Positions 48,134-56,755 of a stretch of 64,000 bases of DNA are shown one piece after another. Position numbers and translations under genes: made by a program. The first letter of the stretch is position 1, and the number at the start of each line of letters is the position of its first letter. This stretch comes from Candidatus Latescibacterota bacterium. GTDB lineage: Bacteria > Latescibacterota > UBA2968. Location: assembly GCA_965208125.1 (NCBI GenBank), contig OZ242320.1, forward strand, positions 3,328,001-3,392,000, given 5' to 3'. The notes below the pieces were generated by a model. That model saw nothing but the letters and a program-made list of their open reading frames with translations, was not told the origin of the DNA and made no database searches.

Positions 48134-50371
48134 TCATAACATGTACCCGTCTGCGCCACCATCAACGAGCGGGAGCACACCCGCCATGAATCCTAAAAAG
48201 GGATCGTAATCAAGTTCCCATGAGAATAGTCCAGGCAGGCGGTCGAACTCGCGCAGTGCCCATTCTGTGGCGCGTGATCCATATATCTGTACGCTTCCAT
48301 TTTGAAGATCTTGAGTCAGAACATGTTGGTCGTATTCAATTTTTTCTTTTATGGACTCATCAACTACGGCTGTCAATGTTGGTGAATCTATGACTCGAAA
48401 TAGTTCGGCAACCTTTGGAAAGTTCAGAGCATCCTCGGCTTTTAGCAACTCATCCTTTTGCAGCCGTGATCGACGAATCTCACGTCGTAGTGCCTCGGTA
48501 CAGGCACTCACTCCAACTTGCCTTTCATTGAACAACTCTCCCAATACTGCGGATGAATATTCAAATGTCGGATGGGGTCGGAGCCACGAGTCATGGGCCA
48601 ACTGAATGTCCCAAACATCGGCAGACTCATATTCCCTTCCACGGTTTACTCGACCAGCGATTTGCAAGAGACTATTCAAGCAAGCACGCTCGCGGATGCC
48701 CGTCCGAAATGAAAAATCAACTCCAGCTTCAACACAGGAAGTCGCTACGAGTGTCCAATCTCGATCATCATCGTTCGATAACCGATCAATAACTCGATTC
48801 AGAGTAATCGCGCGGTCAGTTGGTATGAGTGCCGTTGAGAGATGTTCTACTTGAGGGTGATTCGATTGCCAGTTGTTTTGATGCTTCCAGTTAGCAAGAT
48901 GTCTTGCGATAACGGCAGCCGATTGCACAGTGTTCACAATGAGCAGACGTGGACCTGGCAGTTGAAGTAACCACGGCTTTAGTGTTTTCAAACTCATGGG
49001 TTCAGGATGAGATTGATAGGTGACACGCGTCGCCTCGCGATCCAGACTTTCATCTCGCACGCGCATATCTACCAGATCAGGCACAGTCGGGAGGGGATCA
49101 ACAAACTCAGGCAATTCCCAGAAGCGGCTCAATGAACCTGACCCAACAACGAAGTAACAGCCCCAGTCGGTTTTCAAGTCCTGTAACCACTTCCATGTGA
49201 TCGGCCACAAATGCGCTGGCAGCGCGGCGTGGGCCTCGTCGACAAAGATCGCAGAGCCAGCGACTTGATGGAGTTTTCGCAATGCTCCAGTTCGACAGGC
49301 GGCAAGAGTTTCAAAAAACTGAACGGCGGTTGTCACAACGATGGGAGTGTTCCATAGATAGGTCAGATGTCGAGTCGCAAGACTGTTGAATTCCGCACGG
49401 TGATGGTGGGCTGCGACAACACGTTCGGGATTCTCATCTGCTCTGACGAGTGATTCTCGATACACCCGGACTGACTGGTCAATGATATTTGTATATGGCA
49501 GGACTATAAAAATCCGACGTAGTTTTTGTGTAGCCGCTACATTCAGTAGATGTGCCATGATTGCCGTTGTCTTTCCAGAACCAACTGGTGAATCGCAGGC
49601 CACCAATGATTCACTAAATGGATCTGCATTGCGGCAAGCGCGATAAACATCCTGTCTCAGTTGCGTGCGTTCGTCTTCTTTGTTCTCAGATAATCCAGCG
49701 ACGTATTGATCCAGAAGCTCGAGCCGTATAGCTGGCTCAAGTTTCGGACTCGTAACAGAAAAAGCTTGTCCATAATTCCGCGCTGTATCAAAATGATCGG
49801 CATCAACAAGACAGGACAACGCCAAACGGAGCAATACAGATAGATCGCTTTGGCGTTGCTTATTTAAGTCTATTGATTGCCTTGTGCTTGCGAATACCGA
49901 TTGGTGCATACGCAAGTATTCGTCTAACTGTTTGTCAGTGTGATCTTTTGTCGTTCGTCCAGATTCGTCCCGCTCTAAATCGCGAAATGGTCGCCCAGCT
50001 TCTCGTGTACTATGTTCGGTGATATCCGGTAGTCCACGGTGGTGTGAGAAGATGAGAATGGCCGCCAACTGTGCGGCCATTTGCGGCGGATCTTTCAGTA
50101 AATTAGCCACTCCCGCATCAACGTGATTCACTGGCAGACGACCACTGCCACCTACTGAAAGAACCGCTTGGTTCTCAGGATCAAGTTTGCCGAGATCGTG
50201 AAATTCGGCTGCCAAATCAACAGCTAACTTGAATAATTGACCATCAGTAGCGGTAGCAGTCAGTTCATTAGCATGTCGGACTGCCAACTTAATAACGTTC
50301 TCCAGATGTTCGGAATACGGTTGAGCTGGAATCTCGTTCTCTGGCTGCGGACTATGTGCGAGCAACATCAC
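48134..50371 (-). CDS. cas3: Cas3 HD nuclease-helicase
   Basis: HL, HDLGK, HH, LVDADH; SPVGSGKT, DEAH, NTV, EAGVD, QIAGRVNR. Confidence 0.95.
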   Translation of the reverse strand: MMLLAHSPQPENEIPAQPYSEHLENVIKLAVRHANELTATATDGQLFKLAVDLAAEFHDLGKLDPENQAVLSVGGSGRLPVNHVDAGVANLLKDPPQMAAQLAAILIFSHHRGLPDITEHSTREAGRPFRDLERDESGRTTKDHTDKQLDEYLRMHQSVFASTRQSIDLNKQRQSDLSVLLRLALSCLVDADHFDTARNYGQAFSVTSPKLEPAIRLELLDQYVAGLSENKEDERTQLRQDVYRACRNADPFSESLVACDSPVGSGKTTAIMAHLLNVAATQKLRRIFIVLPYTNIIDQSVRVYRESLVRADENPERVVAAHHHRAEFNSLATRHLTYLWNTPIVVTTAVQFFETLAACRTGALRKLHQVAGSAIFVDEAHAALPAHLWPITWKWLQDLKTDWGCYFVVGSGSLSRFWELPEFVDPLPTVPDLVDMRVRDESLDREATRVTYQSHPEPMSLKTLKPWLLQLPGPRLLIVNTVQSAAVIARHLANWKHQNNWQSNHPQVEHLSTALIPTDRAITLNRVIDRLSNDDDRDWTLVATSCVEAGVDFSFRTGIRERACLNSLLQIAGRVNRGREYESADVWDIQLAHDSWLRPHPTFEYSSAVLGELFNERQVGVSACTEALRREIRRSRLQKDELLKAEDALNFPKVAELFRVIDSPTLTAVVDESIKEKIEYDQHVLTQDLQNGSVQIYGSRATEWALREFDRLPGLFSWELDYDPFLGFMAGVLPLVDGGADGYML

Positions 50372-51225
50372 TCCTCCATCAAATCCCGAATTTTTGCGAC
50401 ACGAGCGGCTAATTCACCAGGCAACTCTGTGGGCACAATGTAATCAGCCCAAGCATTCGAAGGTGAGTCGGAATTGCCATTCTTCTTTGGCGTCAATGCT
50501 TCTATAATCGCGAAATCGGAGCAGGATCCCAGCACTGATTTGTGTTCAACTACCCAGGCGTGACGTAGATCGACAAGCGGTCGGGCATGAGACCGAGTAT
50601 GTGCGTAGGCGTGAGGGATGACTTTGAACAACAAGTCAATATCTTGCTGTGTGCAACCCGATTTGTGGGCCACGGATGGGTTAATAAAAAACGGCATGCA
50701 ATAGACACCATGTGGTACAAAGCGATATCCCATCGGTGCCATGCCACGGTCTTTACCTTCTTGCACTCCAGCTTTATTTGTATTAGTATGGCGACTGATT
50801 TCGATAGGGGCTACGCTTAGTCCAAGACCGAATTGAGCCACACCTGTCTTGATCGTGTCAGCGGATCCTTCTTCCAAGAAAGTGTTCCCGAACACGCGGC
50901 CATCCCAATATTTGGCTTGAAATGATCCGTTTTTCAATTCACCTTCAATCGTCTTGCGAACCCGCCCACGCGACTCAAGGATCGCAAATTGTTCATCATT
51001 CAGGTTCATTTCCTTCTTCATAACTTGCCAAACAGTCCCATCCTTTGATTCGATCAAATCACGCACTTTGCGTTTGAATGAAACAGGAGAAATTTCTCCT
51101 CGACCATCAGGGCGTTGCCGAGGATCGCTCTCACGGTCTGGATCGCCGTTGGGATTGGAATTGACGACTTCTATGACCAGAAGTCCCGTAAATCGTTTTA
51201 CGTCATTGGCGTTAGTATCTGTCAT
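50368..51225 (-). CDS. cas7: Cas7 (Csd2/Csh2 group)
   Basis: NSNPNGDPD...PR, VSFKRKVRD, DGRVFG, G..QF. Confidence 0.92.
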   Translation of the reverse strand: MTDTNANDVKRFTGLLVIEVVNSNPNGDPDRESDPRQRPDGRGEISPVSFKRKVRDLIESKDGTVWQVMKKEMNLNDEQFAILESRGRVRKTIEGELKNGSFQAKYWDGRVFGNTFLEEGSADTIKTGVAQFGLGLSVAPIEISRHTNTNKAGVQEGKDRGMAPMGYRFVPHGVYCMPFFINPSVAHKSGCTQQDIDLLFKVIPHAYAHTRSHARPLVDLRHAWVVEHKSVLGSCSDFAIIEALTPKKNGNSDSPSNAWADYIVPTELPGELAARVAKIRDLMEE

Positions 51226-51226
51226 T

Positions 51227-51631
51227 CTACTCTCCTTCAGTTAAGGCATTAGACGAATCGTCGTTAGATTTTTCCTTTTCAGAACGGGCGAGGTACCCAA
51301 GCAGCATGGCGACCTTGTCGGTATCTGAACACCGACTCGGCACATCCGTGTCGGAAAGTGACGCGCATACGCGCCCCATCTCACTGAGGAAATACTTGGC
51401 GAGACGCACTTCATCACCGCCTTGGACTGTTTGTGCCCAAGCGTGATAGGGCTTGATGCGCTGCCACAACAAGGCGAGAGCCTTTTCGGGTGTTTCCATC
51501 GCACTTGTCATGAGGGCGTTGCCCACCAGTTGAGGTGGTATTTGGTCCTTGCGTACTTCACGACAATACTGAACATGTAATTGATCGGCTAAACTCAGTA
51601 GGCGACCAATCAGATAAGGTGGGCTCTTCAT
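51227..51631 (-). CDS. cas11: Internally translated Cas11 (134 aa)
   Basis: In-frame ATG at 51631 preceded by AAAGGAATTTAT; product MKSPPYLIGRLL... Confidence 0.7.
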   Translation of the reverse strand: MKSPPYLIGRLLSLADQLHVQYCREVRKDQIPPQLVGNALMTSAMETPEKALALLWQRIKPYHAWAQTVQGGDEVRLAKYFLSEMGRVCASLSDTDVPSRCSDTDKVAMLLGYLARSEKEKSNDDSSNALTEGE

Positions 51632-53356
51632 ATAAATTCCTTTCTTGTAGTCGAGTTTTCCAAGTAGTAATCCGAGAATCTGGGGAAGCAACAGTGCTTG
51701 CTTACCGTAAATCTTTCCTATAGGGTGAACCTTTCCTTGGTGGGCAGCTTGTCCGAGCGTAAGTAGAAGTGATAACGAATTACTGGTGATCGCCCGAACT
51801 GCCCTCATAGTGACCGCTTGCAGGATTGGCCCCTCTTCTAAGAGTAACGCTAGGCCATCCGAAATCTGGAAGTCAAAAGCAATTTCCGCATGTGTGCCCA
51901 TTCGCTTCCAGATCGTGTTTAGACACCAAACCACTTCAGATGGATAGGGTATTAGTGGACGCTTCCAGACGGATTTCTCACCTTTCTGAGAACCGAATTG
52001 ACGAATCATTACTGGCGGCGAATCGCGACATAGTGCTTGCCATTCGTCAGCACTGTTGAGCAGATGTTGAACGGTATAGCGACTGCTGTGTAGCACCTTG
52101 GTCCGAAAGCCATCAGGCTTAGTTAGGACAAAAATGCGCAGTTCAGCATTTCGTGACGATGCAGATTGTCCCTTGAGAGTCTCGGTAACACGACGTGCAC
52201 ATGCCTCAAAACGTAAACCATCGGGATCGGATTGTTCTCTTTTATCGCCGAATAACCCCGCGAGCTCAGGTGTTTCTGTAGGCAGTTCGGAGGGATAGAC
52301 GATCAACATTGCCGACGCATCACCACCGAGCGAGGAAACGTCACACCATGTTTTGCCACGTCGTTCATCTCTTGTGATCCATTCCAGAGCGTTTTTCAGG
52401 TTTTGACGTACTGGCTGCGAGACTTGGAAAGATTTGGCTTCAGCCAGACCATACCGCCGCTGACACGGCGATTCGCCAGACATTGCATGGAGTTTTACAT
52501 TACCCATTACCGACATCTTAACTTCGGGAAACTTGTCATTCATTCCACCGCCTTCCATCGCAAAGGCATCTGTCGCACCTTCGTATCTCTCTTTTTCTAA
52601 GGTTTCCATAGCTAGCAGGCGGTCACTTACCCAAGTTTGAACTTCTGGATGGTTGGCTGGATACGCAAATTGTGATTGATCAACGAGTTCCAGGGTGATC
52701 GCTATATTCTTTGGTGTCTTCCCGGAATGGAAGAACAAAACATCCATCCATTCAGCAGCTTCTGATTGGTCGGACTTTATCCTCTGGATCGCGATTTCTT
52801 TCAATTGTTCATGCAGTGCAGCCCCATTCGTCTTCTTCGCGCGACGCAACAATTCTACAAATGATCGTGATTCAGGGGTACCTTCATCCAAAACTACTGT
52901 TAGATCTTGAGTGACTGAGGATAAACAATCATTCAATTTGTCCATTGCATCTTTGCTGCGTGCGCTTTTTTCGGGGCGAATCCAACCCGACGTACTAACC
53001 GACAGTAGGTGTACCAATTCCTCGTCACGCATCAAGGCATCCGGAGGCTTTTTCGATCCCAATAATTTTTTAAATTTAGCCGCACGTTCCTTTTTCTCAT
53101 CGTTTTCGAACTGTAGCAATGGCGGTACATTGAACGATGGAAACGAGTAACCAGCCGCTTTTTCGTATTTCCGCAATCCTGCACGAATTTGCGGATCGGT
53201 AATCGGCGAAACTTGGGCAACCTGTCCTTGAGTATCGAGTTCGACAAAGAATGCTTTTCCTCCTTGCGGGCATTCTTTGAAGTGCCGATGCCAAGACTGA
53301 AGTTTGACGCCGGTCCGTTCCAGACTCTTGTAAAGAAGAAAGAGTTCATTTATCAT
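51227..53356 (-). CDS. cas8: Divergent Cascade large subunit (Cas8c-like) with C-terminal Cas11 domain
   Basis: Position between cas5 and cas7; C-terminal PYLIGRLLSLAD...MLLGY resembles the Cas8c small-subunit domain. N-terminus not recognisably canonical. Confidence 0.75.
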   Translation of the reverse strand: MINELFLLYKSLERTGVKLQSWHRHFKECPQGGKAFFVELDTQGQVAQVSPITDPQIRAGLRKYEKAAGYSFPSFNVPPLLQFENDEKKERAAKFKKLLGSKKPPDALMRDEELVHLLSVSTSGWIRPEKSARSKDAMDKLNDCLSSVTQDLTVVLDEGTPESRSFVELLRRAKKTNGAALHEQLKEIAIQRIKSDQSEAAEWMDVLFFHSGKTPKNIAITLELVDQSQFAYPANHPEVQTWVSDRLLAMETLEKERYEGATDAFAMEGGGMNDKFPEVKMSVMGNVKLHAMSGESPCQRRYGLAEAKSFQVSQPVRQNLKNALEWITRDERRGKTWCDVSSLGGDASAMLIVYPSELPTETPELAGLFGDKREQSDPDGLRFEACARRVTETLKGQSASSRNAELRIFVLTKPDGFRTKVLHSSRYTVQHLLNSADEWQALCRDSPPVMIRQFGSQKGEKSVWKRPLIPYPSEVVWCLNTIWKRMGTHAEIAFDFQISDGLALLLEEGPILQAVTMRAVRAITSNSLSLLLTLGQAAHQGKVHPIGKIYGKQALLLPQILGLLLGKLDYKKGIYMKSPPYLIGRLLSLADQLHVQYCREVRKDQIPPQLVGNALMTSAMETPEKALALLWQRIKPYHAWAQTVQGGDEVRLAKYFLSEMGRVCASLSDTDVPSRCSDTDKVAMLLGYLARSEKEKSNDDSSNALTEGE

Positions 53357-53993
53357 AGAGTAGGACTCCATTTTCGATTACGACGTTTTGTCGAAATGTG
53401 GGCTGATAAGTACCAAATTTTGGTTCGGAGAAGACGGAGTGTAGCATGCTTGGAATGACGGTGTTGATTTTTTGACAGACCTTAGTCTCGTCACGAAATG
53501 GTCCTACATAACTTGGCGTAAACTCCTTCCATCCCAAGCAGGGAATAGAATGCCATTGACCACGCATCAATCGGCGTCCAAATATATCTCGATATGCGTG
53601 TGCCCCATTGCGAGAAAGAGTAGGCGATTGCTTCGCGCGTTCTGACAGTCTCCGCATGCCAGGATCCACGGTGACCACCTCAGCGTATAGCCGATAGTTG
53701 ACATTGATCAACACTGTCGCCAGTAGTTGGTAGCTACTTCCCTGCTGCATTATTCTGCTCTTACGCAGAGGCCCGCCATAGTTTGTCGAATATGTGTGGA
53801 ATACAAGAGGTGTGCAGATTTCAACCTTAATTGGCACGACGTGAGCAGACTTGAGCCAACAGATTGATTCAAACATGCCCTTTGCTGCTGAAAATGTTGG
53901 CACCGGATAGCTAACAGGAGCATCACCAGTATCAGGCCGAGTCCACATGGCCGTTGGTCCGGCGATTTCGAATTGCACTGTGTAGGATTTCAT
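53346..53993 (-). CDS. cas5: Cas5 (Cas5d-like)
   Basis: EIAGPTAMWTRP...VSYPVPTFSAAKGMFESI.W, PCLGWKEF; ATG at 53993 after GGAG. Confidence 0.9.
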   Translation of the reverse strand: MKSYTVQFEIAGPTAMWTRPDTGDAPVSYPVPTFSAAKGMFESICWLKSAHVVPIKVEICTPLVFHTYSTNYGGPLRKSRIMQQGSSYQLLATVLINVNYRLYAEVVTVDPGMRRLSERAKQSPTLSRNGAHAYRDIFGRRLMRGQWHSIPCLGWKEFTPSYVGPFRDETKVCQKINTVIPSMLHSVFSEPKFGTYQPTFRQNVVIENGVLLYDK

Positions 53994-54051
53994 TATATTC
54001 TCCAAATGTATTACCGAAATTTCGAGCTGGAAGGATTTGCAGAATTCACCA

Positions 54052-54080
54052 AATATAGTGCAAATATGTTCACTAAACAA
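54052..54080 (-). promoter_or_regulatory. Putative cas operon promoter
   Basis: TTGTTT-17 bp-TATATT on the minus strand, same -10 as the sod and HPR promoters. Confidence 0.45.
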
Positions 54081-54110
54081 GAAAATTTTGAACCTACGAT
54101 ATCCTCAAAA

Positions 54111-54171
54111 GAAATGGTAGAGGAAGGATGTGTATAGAATGGATTGGAGACTATGACGTTGTTCTGATTCC
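54111..54171. repeat. Direct repeat copy 1 (~60 bp)
   Basis: GAAATGGTAGAGGAAGGATGTGTATAGAATGGATTGGAGACTATGACGTTGTTCTGATTCC; similar to 54671-54731. Confidence 0.8.
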
Positions 54172-54227
54172 ATGATAATTCCGTGCAAAAAAGTTGCTTT
54201 TCGTTCCGAAGTTGGCTATATCTTATT

Positions 54228-54288
54228 CGGCGACCAGATGGGCCGGTGTCAACCGACCCAGGACAATGTCCCTGGCCGCTACTTTTTT
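54228..54288. ncRNA. Candidate small structured RNA (multi-stem)
   Basis: Nested stems 54230-37/54272-79 and 54240-47/54252-59; upstream TTGCTT-17-TATATC, downstream T6. Confidence 0.35.
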
Positions 54289-54345
54289 GATCTCCTGCTC
54301 ATATATTTTCCCTTTACCGCTTGCGTGAAAAAAGAGGAGTTATTC

Positions 54346-54546
54346 ATGCTCCGCACAGCTTTGGGCATTGTGAGAGACGGTAAAATCGAAATTTTAGAAC
54401 ACATTGCATTACCTGAAGGACAAAGGGTATTGGTCACCATGTTGCCCAACGATGATATTTTTTGGCGGGAAGCCAGCCAGGAAACCCTGAAACAGATTTG
54501 GAACAATAAAGAGGACGATGTGTATGCCCGATTACTTGATAAATGA
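54346..54546 (+). CDS. Small antitoxin-like protein (DUF104/AF2212-like), orphan
   Basis: GIVRDGKIE..E.IALPEGQRVLVT...WNNKEDDVY; GAGGAG RBS. Confidence 0.65.
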   Translation: MLRTALGIVRDGKIEILEHIALPEGQRVLVTMLPNDDIFWREASQETLKQIWNNKEDDVYARLLDK

Positions 54547-54547
54547 T

Positions 54548-54697
54548 ATTAAACCATTGTTGAAGCAGAATGGACAAACGACAGACGCCGATATTGCAAA
54601 ACAGCGGGAAACTGCTCGGCGTATGCGCGAAGCACGCGATAAAATGCCTCCACTTGATATGTCAATAAAAGAGATGGTGGAGGAAGGGCGTGTGTAA
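54548..54697 (+). pseudogene. C-terminal fragment of a second antitoxin
   Basis: Frame without a clear RBS or start: IKPLLKQ...ARRMREARDKMPPLDMSIKEMVEEGRV*. Confidence 0.4.
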
Positions 54698-54731
54698 TAA
54701 TGGATTGGAGACTATGACTTTGCTCTGATCC
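54671..54731. repeat. Direct repeat copy 2
   Basis: GAGATGGTGGAGGAAGGGCGTGTGTAATAATGGATTGGAGACTATGACTTTGCTCTGATCC. Confidence 0.8.
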
Positions 54732-55704
54732 TCTGATTACTTCCCTTCTCATACATCCTCCCCGCCGCGATCATATCCTTTGCGATGACCTGTCGCAATT
54801 CCTCTGGTTCTATCACCTCGCAATCTGCGCCCCAGCCCCTGATCCAGGGTTTCATTTCCAGCGTGTGACTCACGGTTAATGTCATGAGACAGCCGCCGTC
54901 TGGCAGGTCGTCAATGGTATCGACGCAGGGCCAGTCCGATTCCCGCACGCGGTAGGCCACATTGGGCGAGAATCGGAGTTTGACGACAATGCGTTCATCG
55001 CCACCCATGACGCCCCAGGCTTGCGTGAGATAATCGTAGGGGTCAAAATTGTCGCGAATCTCATAAGATGATTCGAGGATTTTGACCTGCTGCACGCGCT
55101 CGATTTTGAACTCTCGGATGTCGTGGCGCAGATGGTCATACCCGATTACATAACAGGCATATCCCACGGGCGAAGGTTCGATAAAATAAGGGTCAAAGAC
55201 GCGCCTGGTGGTTTCATCGGTGTATGGATTGTAATACGTCAAACGCACCTGTTTGCGTTCAGACCACGCGCTGGTGAATGTTTCCAAAATGCGGATGTAC
55301 TCGCGATGCGGTCTGCGCTTGTGCGTGGCTTCGGCGGTTCGGGTGATGTGTTGACCGATTGATTCGGGAAGCGCGCTGGCGAGTTTTTCAAGTGCCGAGA
55401 CGACATGGGGATTGTGTTTGTCGCTGTGCGCTGAGAGCAATCGGGCTGAGAGATACAGTGCGAGGGATTCGTGCAAGTTCACGCGCACAGATGTGATATA
55501 GCGATCTTTCACAACGCCAAAATGGTGGTCTTCTTCCCAAATCGGCACGCCAGATCGCTCAAGAGAACGCAAGTCGCGATAAGCAGTTGTGCGGTGATAC
55601 CCAAAGCGTTCAGCAATTTCACGAGCAGTTAGCCCTCGAGAAGATTGAAAAAGCAAGTTTTCCAGCATTTTGAGTCGTTCTGCGCGGGTTTCGTCGCGGT
55701 CCAT
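54712..55704 (-). CDS. HTH-WYL-WCX transcriptional regulator
   Basis: wHTH EIAERFG..RTTAYRDL; WYL R.FDPY...CYVIGYD..R..FKIERV; WCX PWIRGWGADCEVIEP; ATG at 55704 after GGAGG. Confidence 0.92.
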   Translation of the reverse strand: MDRDETRAERLKMLENLLFQSSRGLTAREIAERFGYHRTTAYRDLRSLERSGVPIWEEDHHFGVVKDRYITSVRVNLHESLALYLSARLLSAHSDKHNPHVVSALEKLASALPESIGQHITRTAEATHKRRPHREYIRILETFTSAWSERKQVRLTYYNPYTDETTRRVFDPYFIEPSPVGYACYVIGYDHLRHDIREFKIERVQQVKILESSYEIRDNFDPYDYLTQAWGVMGGDERIVVKLRFSPNVAYRVRESDWPCVDTIDDLPDGGCLMTLTVSHTLEMKPWIRGWGADCEVIEPEELRQVIAKDMIAAGRMYEKGSNQRIRAKS

Positions 55705-55833
55705 AAAACCTCCTGTGTGACAATATAAGACATGGGTGTTGCGACTTTCGCTACATATAATAAAAAAATCGTGGGATGGGATAAACGGAATCAAAATAGA
55801 GCGCGTTGAGGGTGGGGTTTTAGAGAGGGAAAG

Positions 55834-56319
55834 TTATGGCAGGATAGCGTATTGATCGACAAATTCAGCAGGAGACAAGATGGGAATATTTTGGTATGAA
55901 CCCAAATTCTTAAGATGACGGTCACCAGAGACAATGCACTCGGCTTGAGACTCAACCGCGGCGATGATGACAGTATCGTCTTCGGAGTCGGCTTCAATAG
56001 TTTTGATATCTAAAACGCCAGGGGTGACTCGTGCCTGTCGGCGTAAGGAGCGTAGAAAATCTTGAATTTGTTCGCCAACATCATCAGGGGAAAAGCGGGC
56101 CGAAAGAAACCGGAACAGTGCTGGGCGGTGCAAAACCTCATCTATTTTGTCTATCATAGACTCGGATAGTGCGATAACGAGTTCATCTCGCTTCCAGGCA
56201 GATAAAATACGAGCCGGGGGAGCGAAGTCCTCCCGCCGGCTAATAAGAGCAGAGATCAAAACATTAATATCAAGCACCACCACGGGGCGCGGGTTATCAG
56301 GTGGTTGGGTATTGGGCAT
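55834..56319 (-). CDS. PIN-domain toxin (VapC-like)
   Basis: VVLDINVLISAL, E, DSEDD, IVSGDRHL. Confidence 0.88.
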   Translation of the reverse strand: MPNTQPPDNPRPVVVLDINVLISALISRREDFAPPARILSAWKRDELVIALSESMIDKIDEVLHRPALFRFLSARFSPDDVGEQIQDFLRSLRRQARVTPGVLDIKTIEADSEDDTVIIAAVESQAECIVSGDRHLKNLGSYQNIPILSPAEFVDQYAILP

Positions 56320-56339
56320 TTACTCGCTTTGCATATGAG

Positions 56340-56612
56340 TTAGCGTTTCACTTCATCTACAGCCTGATCTATCCTGGCGGATAAGTCATCCACATCTTTG
56401 AAAGCTTCTGCTACGCGATCAAAAACGGCAAAATCTTCAGCTTTCTGACGCATATAAGTCCTGTAAGATGCGTAGCGTTCTGCTGGCAATAAAACAGCTA
56501 CTGTTTGGCCTCGGTCATTTTTGACTTCACAGGTTTCGTCAGTAGAACAAAGCGATTGAACAAGCTGACGAAATTTGCTATCACTGTCTTTGAGGTTTAA
56601 AACTTGAGACAT
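56340..56612 (-). CDS. Phd/YefM-like antitoxin
   Basis: Short ORF directly upstream of the PIN gene; RGQTVAVLLPAERY. Confidence 0.7.
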   Translation of the reverse strand: MSQVLNLKDSDSKFRQLVQSLCSTDETCEVKNDRGQTVAVLLPAERYASYRTYMRQKAEDFAVFDRVAEAFKDVDDLSARIDQAVDEVKR

Positions 56613-56755
56613 AACCAATCCCCCGAGGTTTCGGCCTATTCATCAAAGATTAAAGCACATATAATTGAGAATATACTACAATACACAGGTAGATGCAACG
56701 CACGTAATAAAGTAACCCATTTACGCTTGCCAAGCTGCCGAACCTGCGCGCGGTT

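Noticed and set aside
53994-54345. Search for a CreTA/CreR-like mini-array or isolated repeat near the cas genes
   Set aside because: No repeat-derived ATTGAAAC-type handle here or in the cas3-cas4 gap; the ATTGAAAC at ~46284-46291 is the cas2 start codon region.
56320-56345. Possible frameshift at the antitoxin 3' end (one extra A would give TAA-ATG coupling)
   Set aside because: The present ORF length is plausible; cannot be supported without reads.
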